A stretch of DNA of 64,000 bases, taken from assembly GCA_963704725.1 (NCBI GenBank), contig OY969934.1:1856001-1920000 (forward strand). The letters are read 5' to 3'. This document shows, in pieces, positions 9,620 to 19,578 of the stretch. This stretch comes from an uncultured Actinomycetes bacterium. GTDB taxonomy: Bacteria > Actinomycetota > UBA4738 > HRBIN12. The position numbers were made by a program, and so were the translations under genes. The notes beneath the pieces are model-generated. The model saw only the letters and a program-made list of their open reading frames with translations, did no database searches and was not told where the DNA came from. Position 1 is the first letter of the stretch; each line of letters opens with the position of its first letter.

Positions 9620-10389
9620 TGCACGACCTCGAGGCCGTCCTGCGGGCCCGACGCGACGGCGGCGGCCGCGCCTTCGTCCCGTACGTCACCGGCGGGCTGA
9701 AGGGGGTCGACGCCGCGTTCCTGCGGGGGCTGGCCGACGCGGGCGCCGACGCCATCGAGGTCGGGCTCCCGTTCTCGGACCCCGTAATGGACGGCGGGGT
9801 CATCCAGGAGGCGTCCCGCCTGGCCCTGGAGGCCGGGACGCGGCCCGGCGACGTCCTGGCCCTGGTGGCCGAGGCCGAGCTCGACATCCCCGTCGCGGTG
9901 ATGACGTACCTCAACCCCATCCTGCACCGCGGCCTGGAGCGGTTCGTGGCCGAGGCGTCCCGGGCCGGCGTCTCGGGCCTCATCGTCCCCGACCTCCCCG
10001 TCGACGAGTCCGAGGACCTGGTCGCCGCGTGTCGGGCGGCGGGGGTCGCCGCCGTCCTGCTCGCCGCCCCCGGCTCGAGCCCGGAACGGCTCCGGATGAT
10101 CTCGGAGGCCGGAGGCGGATTCGTCTACTGCGTGGCGACCTACGGCGTGACCGGCGTGCGGGATCGGCTCTCCGCGACCGCCGCTCGTCTGGTGGCCGAG
10201 CTCCGTCCCTTGACCGATCTTCCCCTGCTCGTGGGGGTCGGGATCGCGACGCCTGAGCAGGCCGCGGAGGCCTGCGCGTTCGCCGACGGCGTGGTCGTGG
10301 GGAGCGCGATCGTGCGCCTCGTGCTGGCCGGCGACGGGGAGGCCGCCCTCCGCCTGGCGGGCGCGTTCCGAGCCGCGATCGGGCCGTGA
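9619..10389 (+). CDS. trpA: Tryptophan synthase alpha subunit
   Basis: IEVGLPFSDPVMDGGVIQ, MTYLNP, GVTG and DGVVVGSA; TGATG overlap with trpB. Confidence 0.95.
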   Translation: MHDLEAVLRARRDGGGRAFVPYVTGGLKGVDAAFLRGLADAGADAIEVGLPFSDPVMDGGVIQEASRLALEAGTRPGDVLALVAEAELDIPVAVMTYLNPILHRGLERFVAEASRAGVSGLIVPDLPVDESEDLVAACRAAGVAAVLLAAPGSSPERLRMISEAGGGFVYCVATYGVTGVRDRLSATAARLVAELRPLTDLPLLVGVGIATPEQAAEACAFADGVVVGSAIVRLVLAGDGEAALRLAGAFRAAIGP

Positions 10390-10551
10390 GGCATCCCGGC
10401 CTACGGTCCGTTGCGTACCTGTTGCCGATGGAGGCGGCTGGCTGAGGCGACCCGGATGTGATACCAACCACCGATGCGGGCAGGACGGGCGCGCGCCGCG
10501 TCACGATGCCTGCCACCGGAAGCGATGGTCCGTGGACCAAAGGGGGGATCG

Positions 10552-11898
10552 ATGAGGAAGCGCAGATTCTTCGCGCTCCTGGCGTTGTTCGGCGCGCTCT
10601 CGCTCGTGGCCGCCGCGTGTAGCAACGACGACAACGGCGGCACGTCGACGACGGGGGGCGGCACCACCAGCACCACCGGCGGGGGGAGCACCGCCGATTG
10701 CTCATCCGACGAGTTCGGCTGCGTGGAGGTCGGGTCGGGTGAGGCGATCCAGCTCGGAACGCTCCTGGCCATCTCCGGCGACGTCGCGTCGCTCGGCCTG
10801 GACAGCCAGTACGGCGTCTCGCTGGCGATCGACTACCTGGACGGGACGCTCGACGGCACGCCCGGCCAGCTCCTCGGTCACGACGTCGAGCTCGTGAACG
10901 AGGACGACGGTTGCTCGGCCGAGGGCGGTCAGGCCGGGGCGCAGAACCTGGCCCCGAACGAGAGCATCGTCGCCGTGATCGGGACGAGCTGCTCGGGGGC
11001 CGCGCTGGGCGTGGCGGACCAGATCTTCTCCGACAAGGGGATCCTGCTGATCTCGCCGTCCAACACGAACCCGGGGCTGACGTCGGAGGAGGCGCACCAG
11101 CCGTTCTACCTCCGCACGGCGCACAACGACCGCATCCAGGGCGCGATCGTGTCCGACTTCGCGCTCCAGCAGCTCGGGGCGTCCACGGCGGCAACGATCA
11201 ACGACGAGAGCCCGTACGCGGACGGTCTCGCGGCCGCCTTCCGCACCAACTTCGAGGCCGGCGGCGGAACGATCACGGACATCGAGGCGATCGACAGCGG
11301 GGACACGAACTTCGAGACCCTGCTGACGAGCATCGCCCAGAGCAATCCGGACGTCCTGTACTTCCCGGACTTCAACCCGGCGTGCGCGCTGATCGCGTCG
11401 CAGGCCAAGGACATCATGCCGGACACGGCGCTGATCGGATCCGACGGATGCCTTGCCTCGACCTTCTTGGAGACGGCGGGCGACGCCGCCAACGGCGTGT
11501 ACGCCTCCTCGCCGGACATCACCGTCTTCCAGGGCGGCGACTTCTACAAGAACGATTTCCTGCCGGCGTACAAGTCGCAGTTCGGCACGGCGCCGACCTC
11601 CGTGTTCCACGCGCACGCGTTCGACGCCGCGAACATCCTGTTCGAGGCGATCAAGACGGCGGCCATCGACAACGGGGACGGCTCCCTGTCGATCCCCCGC
11701 ACGGCGCTCAAGGACGCGATCTTCGCGACCAGCGGGTGGCAGGGGGTCACCGGGACGATCACGTGCACGCCGCTCGGCGACTGCGCGACCGACGTCACCA
11801 TCGGCATCTTCCAGGCGCCGGGGTGGCCCGTCGAGGGCGGGACGCCGGACGCGGCGGCCGTCTTCAGCGAAACCAAGACGCTGGCGGACGTCGCCTAG
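10552..11898 (+). CDS. Branched-chain amino acid (Liv-type) ABC transporter substrate-binding lipoprotein
   Basis: Lipobox VAAAC, Thr/Gly tether, EDDGCSAEGG, GTSCSGA and RTAHND; heads the livHMGF-like genes. Confidence 0.9.
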   Translation: MRKRRFFALLALFGALSLVAAACSNDDNGGTSTTGGGTTSTTGGGSTADCSSDEFGCVEVGSGEAIQLGTLLAISGDVASLGLDSQYGVSLAIDYLDGTLDGTPGQLLGHDVELVNEDDGCSAEGGQAGAQNLAPNESIVAVIGTSCSGAALGVADQIFSDKGILLISPSNTNPGLTSEEAHQPFYLRTAHNDRIQGAIVSDFALQQLGASTAATINDESPYADGLAAAFRTNFEAGGGTITDIEAIDSGDTNFETLLTSIAQSNPDVLYFPDFNPACALIASQAKDIMPDTALIGSDGCLASTFLETAGDAANGVYASSPDITVFQGGDFYKNDFLPAYKSQFGTAPTSVFHAHAFDAANILFEAIKTAAIDNGDGSLSIPRTALKDAIFATSGWQGVTGTITCTPLGDCATDVTIGIFQAPGWPVEGGTPDAAAVFSETKTLADVA

Positions 11899-11921
11899 GG
11901 GCACCACCGAACGACGCGCTC

Positions 11922-11949
11922 GCGGGCGGGCCGAGGGGGGCCCGCCCGC
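11922..11949 (+). terminator. GC stem-loop after the binding-protein gene (terminator or mRNA stabiliser)
   Basis: GCGGGCGGGCC...GGCCCGCCCGC, an 11-bp stem with no U tract. Confidence 0.55.
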
Positions 11950-11987
11950 AGCGCACGGCACGGTGAGGGACTAGGCTCCCGCGGGAC

Positions 11988-13076
11988 ATGGCTGCCTCCA
12001 CCGATCGGGCGCGCGACGTTCGGATGAGCCGCCTCGAGCGGCTGCCGTGGCGCCGCATCATCCTCGTGGTCCTCGGTGCGGCGATCGTGGTCGTGGTCGC
12101 GGTGGGGGTCGTCAAGACGGTCTCCTCCGATGCGTACTCGGGCTCGGCGTACCGGGACTTCCTCGTTGAGGGGATCGCGCAAGGCTCCATCTACGCGTTG
12201 ATCGCGCTGGGGTACAGCCTGGTCTACGGGATCCTGAAGATGATCAACTTCGCCCACGGCGAGGTGTTCATGACCGGGGCGTTCGGCTCCTTCTTCTTCG
12301 CCGACGCCTACGCCAGGAGCGGGTTCCTCGATCGTCACCCCATCCCCGCGCTGGGGATCATCCTGCTGGTCGCGATGCTCACCTCGGTGCTCGTCGCCGT
12401 GCTGCTCGAACGCCTCGCCTATCGGCCGCTGCGCGGCGCCCCCCGGCTGGTGCCCCTCATCACCGCGATCGGCGCGTCGCTCTTCCTGCGGGAAACGGCG
12501 CGCGCCCTGTTCGGGACGAACACCAAGGGGTTCCCCGAGCCCGAGGTCCTGGCGGGGAGCTGGACGATCTCCGGGATCGCACTCGACCGCCTGCAGGTGG
12601 TGATCGTCCTCGTGGCGGCCGTGGCCGTCGGGGCGCTGTCCCTGTTCGTGGCGAAGACGACGACCGGCAAGTCGATGCGCGCCGTGGCCGAGGACTCTGA
12701 GATCGCCAGCCTCATGGGCATCAACGTCGACCGCGTGATCGTCACGACGTTCGCCATCGGGGGTCTCCTCGCCGGCCTCGCAGGCGTCCTGTTCGCCATG
12801 CGGTTCAAGGCCGTGAACTTCTTCATGGGGTTCGAGCCGGGCATCGCCGCGTTCACGGCTGCCGTCCTCGGGGGCATCGGGAGCATCGCCGGAGCGGCCA
12901 TCGGCGGTTTGATCCTCGGCGTCCTCGAGTCGCTCGGCCCCACGATGATCCTGACGGGGTACAACATCCCCTCGCCGATCCAGCTCAAGGGCGCGTTCAC
13001 GTTCCTCGTCCTCGTCCTGGTGCTGATCTTCCGGCCCGGGGGGATCCTCGGCACCGGGGAGGCGGAGAAGGTCTGA
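11988..13076 (+). CDS. livH: Branched-chain amino acid ABC permease
   Basis: GSIYALIALGYSLVYGILKMINFAHGE and AFTAAVLGGIGS. Confidence 0.9.
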   Translation: MAASTDRARDVRMSRLERLPWRRIILVVLGAAIVVVVAVGVVKTVSSDAYSGSAYRDFLVEGIAQGSIYALIALGYSLVYGILKMINFAHGEVFMTGAFGSFFFADAYARSGFLDRHPIPALGIILLVAMLTSVLVAVLLERLAYRPLRGAPRLVPLITAIGASLFLRETARALFGTNTKGFPEPEVLAGSWTISGIALDRLQVVIVLVAAVAVGALSLFVAKTTTGKSMRAVAEDSEIASLMGINVDRVIVTTFAIGGLLAGLAGVLFAMRFKAVNFFMGFEPGIAAFTAAVLGGIGSIAGAAIGGLILGVLESLGPTMILTGYNIPSPIQLKGAFTFLVLVLVLIFRPGGILGTGEAEKV

Positions 13077-14872
13077 TGGGGCCGATCCCGCCGCGCTCGG
13101 TGATCCGCGCCGGGGTGATCGGCGGCCTCGTCGCGATCTACCTCGCGATGGTCGGGCTCTTCGACCGGTTCGCCGATCTCGAGCTCGTCGGCACCCAGGT
13201 CACGTTCAGCCGGGTCCTGCTGATCGTGCCCGGCCTGGTCGTCGGGTACCTCGTGTCACGGCCCCGGGTGGTGGCGGGCGCGCGGCGCGAGGCCGGGCCC
13301 GGCCAGGCCATGGTGGCGGGGGCGGTCGGCGGACTGATCACCGGAGGCGCGCTCGCCGCGGCCATGTGGTGGGCGGACTGGTTCGGGGTGGATCGGATCC
13401 GTCCGGTGTTCGTCTCCGTCTCGCCGAGCCTCGTGGGGTTCCTCACGTTCGAGCACACCGTCGGCGTTGGCGTCGCGATCCTGCTGGTGGTGGGGCTCGT
13501 GTCCGGAGCCGCGGGCGGGCTGCTCCGCGCGACCAGCGTGCGCGTGCGCCGGCCCCTCGTGTTCGGCGTGGCCTTCACGCTCCTGCTCGGCTTGCTCCAG
13601 CGGATCGTTCCGGTCGCGATGAAGGAGCTCGGCCTGGGGACGGACTGGCTCTACGGGCCGAGCACCGGGCTGACGATGCAGGGCGGCGCCATCGTGTTCC
13701 CCGTGACGTTCGGGCTCACTGCGCTCTGGCAGCGCAGCGGCCAGGCCACGCGCGAGCGGCTTCGGGCCTCGGCGCAGGAGCAGCCGGCGGTGCGGGCCGG
13801 CATCCTCATCGTGATCCTGGCGATCGCCGCGATCCTTCCCCTGCTCGTCGGATCGTCGATCTCGCAGACGCTCGGGACCGTGATGATCTTCCTCCTCCTC
13901 GGGCTCGGCCTGAACATCGTCGTGGGGTACGCCGGGTTGCTCGACCTCGGCTACGTCGCCTTCTACGCGTTCGGCGCGTACGCGATCGCGCTGCTCACCG
14001 GCGCGGCGCTGAACACGACGACGGGCGCGGCGGCACCGGCCTTCTCGGCCGATCTCAGCTTCTACGTCGCCATCTGGATCGTCGTGGCGCTCGCCGCCGG
14101 TGTGGGCCTGCTGATCGGTGCGCCGGTCCTGCGCCTGCGGGGCGACTACCTGGCCATCGTGACGCTCGGCCTCGGCGAGATCGTGAGCACGATGACGCGG
14201 TCGAGGTGGCTCCAGCCGCTGGTCGGCGGTCCGCAGGGCATGCGTGGCGTGACGAAGGCGGAGATCGGAACGTTCGCCTTCACCACCCCGCAGAAGTTCT
14301 ACTACCTGGTCCTGGCGTTCGTGCTCCTGGCGGCGTTCGTGTCGTGGCGCCTGTCCACGTCGCGCGTGGGGCGGGCGTGGAACGCGATGCGCGAGGACGA
14401 GCAGGTCGCCGACGCCATGGGCATCAGCACGACCCGGTACAAGCTGCTCGCGTTCGCCATCGGCGGCGCGATCGGGTCCCTCGGAGGAGCGCTGTTCGCC
14501 GTGCAGATCGGATCGCTGACCCCGGCGAGCTTCGAGATCCTCGTCTCGATCACCGCGCTGGCCGTGGTGATCCTGGGCGGCCTGGGCAGCCTGCCGGGGG
14601 TGGCTGTCGGCGCGCTCGTGCTGATCGGGCTCCCCGGTCTGCTGCGCGAGTTCGAGGAGTACCGCCTCCTGGTCTACGGAGGAGTGCTCGTGGCGGTCAT
14701 GATCCTTCGACCGCAGGGACTGGTCCCGAACGTCCGCCGCACCCGCGAGCTGCAGGAGGAGGAGCGGACCCAGGACGCCTGGGCGCAGGAGCTCGCCGAT
14801 CGCGAGGAGGTCTACGCGAGCGTCGTCGCGGGCGGCAAGCTCGGGGCCGAGACCGAGGAGGATCTCGAGTGA
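13076..14872 (+). CDS. livM: Branched-chain amino acid ABC permease with long N-terminal membrane extension
   Basis: GLNIVVGYAGLLDLGYVAFY, LRLRGDYLAIVTLG and GRAWNAMREDE. Confidence 0.9.
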   Translation: MGPIPPRSVIRAGVIGGLVAIYLAMVGLFDRFADLELVGTQVTFSRVLLIVPGLVVGYLVSRPRVVAGARREAGPGQAMVAGAVGGLITGGALAAAMWWADWFGVDRIRPVFVSVSPSLVGFLTFEHTVGVGVAILLVVGLVSGAAGGLLRATSVRVRRPLVFGVAFTLLLGLLQRIVPVAMKELGLGTDWLYGPSTGLTMQGGAIVFPVTFGLTALWQRSGQATRERLRASAQEQPAVRAGILIVILAIAAILPLLVGSSISQTLGTVMIFLLLGLGLNIVVGYAGLLDLGYVAFYAFGAYAIALLTGAALNTTTGAAAPAFSADLSFYVAIWIVVALAAGVGLLIGAPVLRLRGDYLAIVTLGLGEIVSTMTRSRWLQPLVGGPQGMRGVTKAEIGTFAFTTPQKFYYLVLAFVLLAAFVSWRLSTSRVGRAWNAMREDEQVADAMGISTTRYKLLAFAIGGAIGSLGGALFAVQIGSLTPASFEILVSITALAVVILGGLGSLPGVAVGALVLIGLPGLLREFEEYRLLVYGGVLVAVMILRPQGLVPNVRRTRELQEEERTQDAWAQELADREEVYASVVAGGKLGAETEEDLE

Positions 14873-15660
14873 GCGAGACCTCGACGATCCTCGAGCTCCA
14901 GGGCGTGGCGAAGCACTTCGGCGGGCTGTACGCGCTGTCGGGTCTCGACATGGCCGTGAACGAGGGGGAGATCGTGTCGGTCATCGGCCCGAACGGAGCG
15001 GGCAAGAGCACGATGTTCAACGTCGTCACCGGCCTGTACGAGCCGGACGAGGGCGACGTGCGCTTCCGCGGCGAGAGCATCGTGGGCTTCGCCCCGAACC
15101 AGATCACGCGGCTCGGCGTCGCCCGGACCTTCCAGAACGTCCACCTCTTCCCGAACATGACCGTCCTCGAGAACGCCATGGTCGGCCAGCACTGCCGGAC
15201 GAGGGCGGGTGTGTTCGGCGCCGTGTTCCGGCCGCCGGGAACGCGGCGGGAGGAGGAGCGGATCCGGGAGCGGGCCCGGGGCGCCCTGGAGTTCTTCGGG
15301 TCCCGGCTCGCCGGGTTCCGCCAGGAGCAGCCGGCGTTCGTGCTCTCCTACGCGAACCGCCGCCGGCTGGAGATGGCCCGGGCCATGGCCACCGAGCCGG
15401 CACTCATCCTGCTCGACGAGCCCACGGCGGGGATGAACCCGCGCGAGACCCTCGAGCTCCGCGACCACATCGTGCGGATGCGCGATCAGCGCGGGCACAC
15501 GGTCCTGCTGATCGAGCACGACATGCGCGTCGTCCGGGGCGTGTCGGATCGCGTGATCGCGCTCGACTACGGCCGGAAGATCGCCGAGGGCTCGTACGAA
15601 GAGGTTGCGAACAACCCCCAGGTGATCGAGGCGTACCTCGGAACGAAGGCCGGCGGGTGA
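14869..15660 (+). CDS. livG: Branched-chain amino acid ABC ATPase
   Basis: GPNGAGKST, LSYANRRRLE, LLDEPTAGMN and VIEAYLG; GTGA overlap with livM. Confidence 0.9.
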   Translation: MSETSTILELQGVAKHFGGLYALSGLDMAVNEGEIVSVIGPNGAGKSTMFNVVTGLYEPDEGDVRFRGESIVGFAPNQITRLGVARTFQNVHLFPNMTVLENAMVGQHCRTRAGVFGAVFRPPGTRREEERIRERARGALEFFGSRLAGFRQEQPAFVLSYANRRRLEMARAMATEPALILLDEPTAGMNPRETLELRDHIVRMRDQRGHTVLLIEHDMRVVRGVSDRVIALDYGRKIAEGSYEEVANNPQVIEAYLGTKAGG

Positions 15661-16502
15661 GCGAGGGGACGCGGACCGCCGAGCCGCCCGCCCCGGACCC
15701 CACCGAGACGGGCGTGGCCACCCAGCCCGTCGAGGCCCAGGCGCTCCCCGAGCCCGCCGTCCCGGCCCCGGCTTCCGGCGGCGACCGGCGTCCCATCCTC
15801 GAGCTGCGAAACGTGAGCACGCACTACGGGCTCGTCTCGGTGCTGCGGAACGTCAACGTGGAGATCTTCCCCGGGGAGATGGTCTGCCTGCTCGGGGGCA
15901 ACGCGTCGGGCAAGACCACCACGTTGAAGACGATCCTCGGCTACGTCCGCCCCTCCGAGGGCGAGGTCCTCCTCGACGGCGCCGTCGTGAGCGGGCTCCC
16001 CACCGTCGAGGTCGTCCGGCGCGGCATCTCCATGGTGCCCGAGAACCGGCGCCTGTTCTCGAACATGACGGTCTCGGAGAACCTGGATCTGGGCGCGTAC
16101 CAGCGACGAGATCGAGGCAAGGTCGCCGAGGATCGCGAGCGCATCCTCGAGACGTTCCCCAGGGTCCGCGAGCGCCTCAAGCAGAAGGCGGGCACGCTCT
16201 CGGGCGGTGAGCAGCAGATGGTGGCCATGGGCCGGGCGCTGATGGCCGACCCGAAGGTGCTGCTGATGGACGAGCCGTCGATGGGGCTCGCGCCGATCCT
16301 CGTGGAGCAGGTGTTCGAGATCATCAAGACGATCCGCGGGCTCGGCCGGACGGTGTTCGTCGTCGAGCAGAACGCGAACATGGCGCTGTCGATCGCCGAC
16401 CGCGGCTACGTGATCCAGACCGGCCAGGTGGTGCTGGCCGACACGGCGGCGAACCTGCTCAGCAACCCCCTCATGCGGGAGGCGTACCTCGGGGAGCTCT
16501 GA
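15657..16502 (+). CDS. livF: Branched-chain amino acid ABC ATPase
   Basis: GGNASGKTT, LSGGEQQM and LMDEPSMGLAP. Confidence 0.9.
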   Translation: MSEGTRTAEPPAPDPTETGVATQPVEAQALPEPAVPAPASGGDRRPILELRNVSTHYGLVSVLRNVNVEIFPGEMVCLLGGNASGKTTTLKTILGYVRPSEGEVLLDGAVVSGLPTVEVVRRGISMVPENRRLFSNMTVSENLDLGAYQRRDRGKVAEDRERILETFPRVRERLKQKAGTLSGGEQQMVAMGRALMADPKVLLMDEPSMGLAPILVEQVFEIIKTIRGLGRTVFVVEQNANMALSIADRGYVIQTGQVVLADTAANLLSNPLMREAYLGEL

Positions 16503-17429
16503 GTGGCCGTCGCCGTGATCGACGCCGGCGAGCTCGCCCGCCTGCTGCCGATGGGGGCGGCGATCGACGCGCTCCAGGCGGGCTTCGGCGCCGAGCGCCT
16601 GCCGGAGGCGCCCCTGCGCTCGCATGTGGCCACGGGGGCCGGGACGCTGTACCTGATGCCGGCGTTCGGGCCGCAGGGCGTGGGCGTGAAGCTCGTCACG
16701 CTGACCGAGGCGAACCCCGGCCGCGGCGAGCCGTTCATCCACGCGACGTACGTCCTGTTCGACCCCGACACGCAGGCGCCGCTCGCGACGATCGACGGCG
16801 GCGCGCTGACGGCGCTCCGGACGGCGGCGGTCAGCGGGTTGGCCACGCGGTTCCTCGCGCGGGCCGACGCGAGGCGTCTGGTGCTGTACGGCGCCGGCGT
16901 GCAGGCCCGCTCGCACCTCGAGGCGATGTGCGCGGTCCGGCCGGTCGAGGAGGTGGTCGTGGTGTCGCGGGGACGGGCCCGGGCCGAGGCGCTGGTGGGG
17001 GAGGCCTCGGCCCGCGGGCTCCGAGCCTCGGTGGGAGCGCCGGGAGCCGAGCGCGACGCCGATCTGGCCTGCACGTGCACGACGAGCGCCACGCCCGTCG
17101 TCGAAGGCGCGCTCCTGCCGGACGGCGTGCACGTGAACGCCGTCGGCGCCTACACGACCTCGACGCGCGAGCTCGACGGTGAGGCCGTCCGGCGGTCGCG
17201 GGTTGCGGTCGAGACGCGCGAGGCCGCGGCGGCCGAGGCCGGGGACCTGGTGCTGGCCGCGGAGGAGGGCGCGATCGGGCCCGACCACGTGCTCGCGGAC
17301 CTGTCGGAGGTGGTCCGCGGGGCCGTCGTCCGAACCTCGGACCGGGACATCACGCTCTTCAAGTCGGTCGGCATCGCGTTCGAGGACCTCATCGTGGCGC
17401 GAGCCGCCGTCGATCGGGTTGGTGCGTGA
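16503..17429 (+). CDS. Ornithine cyclodeaminase/mu-crystallin family protein
   Basis: GVKLVT, LTALRTAAVS, GAGVQA, HVNAVGA and FKSVGIAFED. Confidence 0.9.
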   Translation: MAVAVIDAGELARLLPMGAAIDALQAGFGAERLPEAPLRSHVATGAGTLYLMPAFGPQGVGVKLVTLTEANPGRGEPFIHATYVLFDPDTQAPLATIDGGALTALRTAAVSGLATRFLARADARRLVLYGAGVQARSHLEAMCAVRPVEEVVVVSRGRARAEALVGEASARGLRASVGAPGAERDADLACTCTTSATPVVEGALLPDGVHVNAVGAYTTSTRELDGEAVRRSRVAVETREAAAAEAGDLVLAAEEGAIGPDHVLADLSEVVRGAVVRTSDRDITLFKSVGIAFEDLIVARAAVDRVGA

Positions 17430-18580
17430 AGAGCACCGCCGACGTCGTGATCGTGGGCGGGGGCGTGGTCGGCGCGAGCGCGGCCTACCACCTGGCGGTC
17501 GCGGGGGCCGGCCGGGTCCTCCTGCTCGAGCGCGAGGACCACCTGGCCGCCGGGTCGACCGGGGTGTGCGCCGGCGGGTTCCGCGGCCAGTTCTCGAGCG
17601 AGACCAACATCCGCCTCTCACTCGCCAGCGTGCCGATGATCACCGGGTTCACCGAGGAACACGGCCTGCCGCTCGACATCGCGCAGGACGGCTACCTGTT
17701 CCTGGTCCGGGACCGGGCGCTGTGGCGGGAGTTCGTCGCGGCCAACGAGCTCCAGCGATCGCTCGGCGTGCGGGCGGAGCTGCTCTCGCCCGAGGACGCG
17801 GTGGCGCTCGCGCCGGGGATCGCGCTCGAGGGCATCGTCGGCGCCGCGTTCGGGCCGAGGGATGGGATCGCGGATCCGTCGGGCTTGACCCAGGGGTACG
17901 CCACACTGGCGCGCCGCGCCGGTGCCGAGATCGAGGTCGGCGCGACCGTGTCGTCCATCCGGGTGCTCGACGGCCGCGTGACGGGCGTCGAGACGTCCGG
18001 CGGGCCGGTCGACGCGCCGGCGGTCGTGAACGCGGCGGGTCCGTGGGCGGGGGAGCTCGCCCGGACGGCCGGCGTCGGCCTCCCGCTGGAGCCGATCCCT
18101 CGGCACGTCCTGGTGACCGGCGGGTTCCCAGGTCGGCCGCACCGTCGGACGCTGGTGATCGACGCGGTGACGAGCTTCTACTTCCACCGGGAGGGACCGG
18201 GCGTGCTCATGGGCATGGGAAGCGTCCACGAGGGGCCGTCCTTCGACACGAGGGTGGACGAGCGTTTCGTGGCGGAGGAGCTGCTGCCGACCGCGGTGCG
18301 GGTCTTCCCGCCGCTCGAGGAGGCCGCCATCGAGCACTCGTGGGTCGGCCTGTACGAGATGACCCCGGACCGGCATCCCATCATCGGCGAGGCCCCGGGG
18401 GTTCGGGGGCTCTACCTGGCGAACGGGTTCAGCGGTCACGGGTTCCAGCACGCCCCGGTCGTGGGCAAGCTGCTGGCCGAGCTCATCGTGGACGGGGAGG
18501 CGAGGACCGTGGACATCTCGGGCCTCGGGCTCGAGCGGTTCGCCTCGGGCGACCTTGTGCCAGAGGGCCACGTGGTGTGA
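17426..18580 (+). CDS. FAD-dependent oxidoreductase (sarcosine oxidase beta/DAO family)
   Basis: IVGGGVVG, GST, VNAAGPW, TPDRHPIIG and GFSGHGF. Confidence 0.9.
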   Translation: MKSTADVVIVGGGVVGASAAYHLAVAGAGRVLLLEREDHLAAGSTGVCAGGFRGQFSSETNIRLSLASVPMITGFTEEHGLPLDIAQDGYLFLVRDRALWREFVAANELQRSLGVRAELLSPEDAVALAPGIALEGIVGAAFGPRDGIADPSGLTQGYATLARRAGAEIEVGATVSSIRVLDGRVTGVETSGGPVDAPAVVNAAGPWAGELARTAGVGLPLEPIPRHVLVTGGFPGRPHRRTLVIDAVTSFYFHREGPGVLMGMGSVHEGPSFDTRVDERFVAEELLPTAVRVFPPLEEAAIEHSWVGLYEMTPDRHPIIGEAPGVRGLYLANGFSGHGFQHAPVVGKLLAELIVDGEARTVDISGLGLERFASGDLVPEGHVV

Positions 18581-18588
18581 CGGCCGTG

Positions 18589-18672
18589 TGCCGGGAGCGG
18601 GGCTCGAACCCGCACGTGCTTTCGCACAACGCCTTTTGAGGGCGCCGCCTCAGCCAATTGGGCTATCCCGGC
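18589..18672 (-). tRNA. tRNA-Leu(CAA)
   Basis: Acceptor stem GCCGGGA/TCCCGGC, anticodon arm GCGCC-CTCAAAA-GGCGT, long variable arm, TTCGAGC T-loop; CCA not encoded. Confidence 0.95.
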
Positions 18673-18691
18673 GTTGCCTGAGTGTACGGCG

Positions 18692-19466
18692 TCATGCCTT
18701 CGGACCGATGAAGGCATCGAGAGCGGCGACCGCCTCCCGGCGAGCGACCGAGATGGTGTTGGGCTTGGAGTTGCGCTGAGCGACGCCGATTGCGTCGCAG
18801 GCGTCGCGGAAGATCTGCGAGATGTCCTCGGAGGTGTTGGTGAAGAGATACCTGGGATAAGCGTACCTGTCGTGCCAGACCCTGTTGATGATCCGGCAAC
18901 CATCTGAGTGGATCAGGCCACGCAGGAGCTGTCGCGGGTATCGGTCGACGACCTGGGTCTGCCACGGGGCCAAGCGGATCGGGCGCTGGTGTTTCAACCC
19001 TGGGGCCGTGTTGGGGGAAGACACACGCCCAGTGGTTCCAGTATGCGGAGACCGCGACGCACCCGATCGAGGGCACGATGCCGACCCTCGACACCTCACC
19101 GCCCAGCATGCGAGCGATCGCATGGCGACCGAGGCCGATGAGGTGCGGATACCGGTTGTCCTGGTAGATGCGGAGCCGGTAGGTCCTCGGCATACGCGTG
19201 ATGTGTCCGTCCCCGAGGTAGAGACCGAGTAGGTACGAATAGGCGGCGTCATCGAGCACCCCGGATCCGCATCGCGGGCACGGCGCACGTTGCCTCCCAG
19301 ACCGATGCGGCCGGTGCCCGGGCGGACTCTGCGTCCGCCACTCGCGGACGGTGCTTCGGTTGACCCCTGTCATCCGCGAGATCTGACAGTTGTTCCAACC
19401 CTCGGCAACCAGCCGAAGTACGGCATCGACGTCGCGCTGTGGATGCGGAGGTCGCCTCCGAGTGTG
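18692..19466 (-). pseudogene. HTH + CxxC + two-motif LAGLIDADG endonuclease-like gene, frameshifted
   Basis: HTH (NNCQISRMTGVNRSTVREW), CPRC and YLLGLYLGDG in one frame; LLRGLIHSDG in another; removing one base from the run at 19002-19005 joins them (FPQHGPGLKHQR). No ATG/GTG start found after the promoter. Confidence 0.75.
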
Positions 19467-19472
19467 TGAACG

Positions 19473-19494
19473 AGCATATGTGGAGGTACTGACA
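19473..19494 (-). promoter_or_regulatory. PafBC/RecA-NDp-type promoter TGTCAG-N10-TATGCT
   Basis: Minus strand reads TGTCAG TACCTCCACA TATGCT, directly upstream of the LAGLIDADG gene. Confidence 0.65.
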
Positions 19495-19578
19495 CCCCGA
19501 GGTGGGGGGTCTCGGACCGAAACGTGTGCAGGACCCGTACACTGCCGCTCCACCACAGTACAGAAGGAGGTTCGGTCG

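Noticed and set aside
10458-10473. CRP/GlxR-like site TGTGA-N6-CCACC upstream of the liv operon
   Set aside because: The second half-site is poor.
19458-19473. Eroded LexA box after the LAGLIDADG promoter (TCGTTCACACACTCGG, minus strand)
   Set aside because: The position fits, but there are four mismatches in the CGAAC-N4-GTTCG core.
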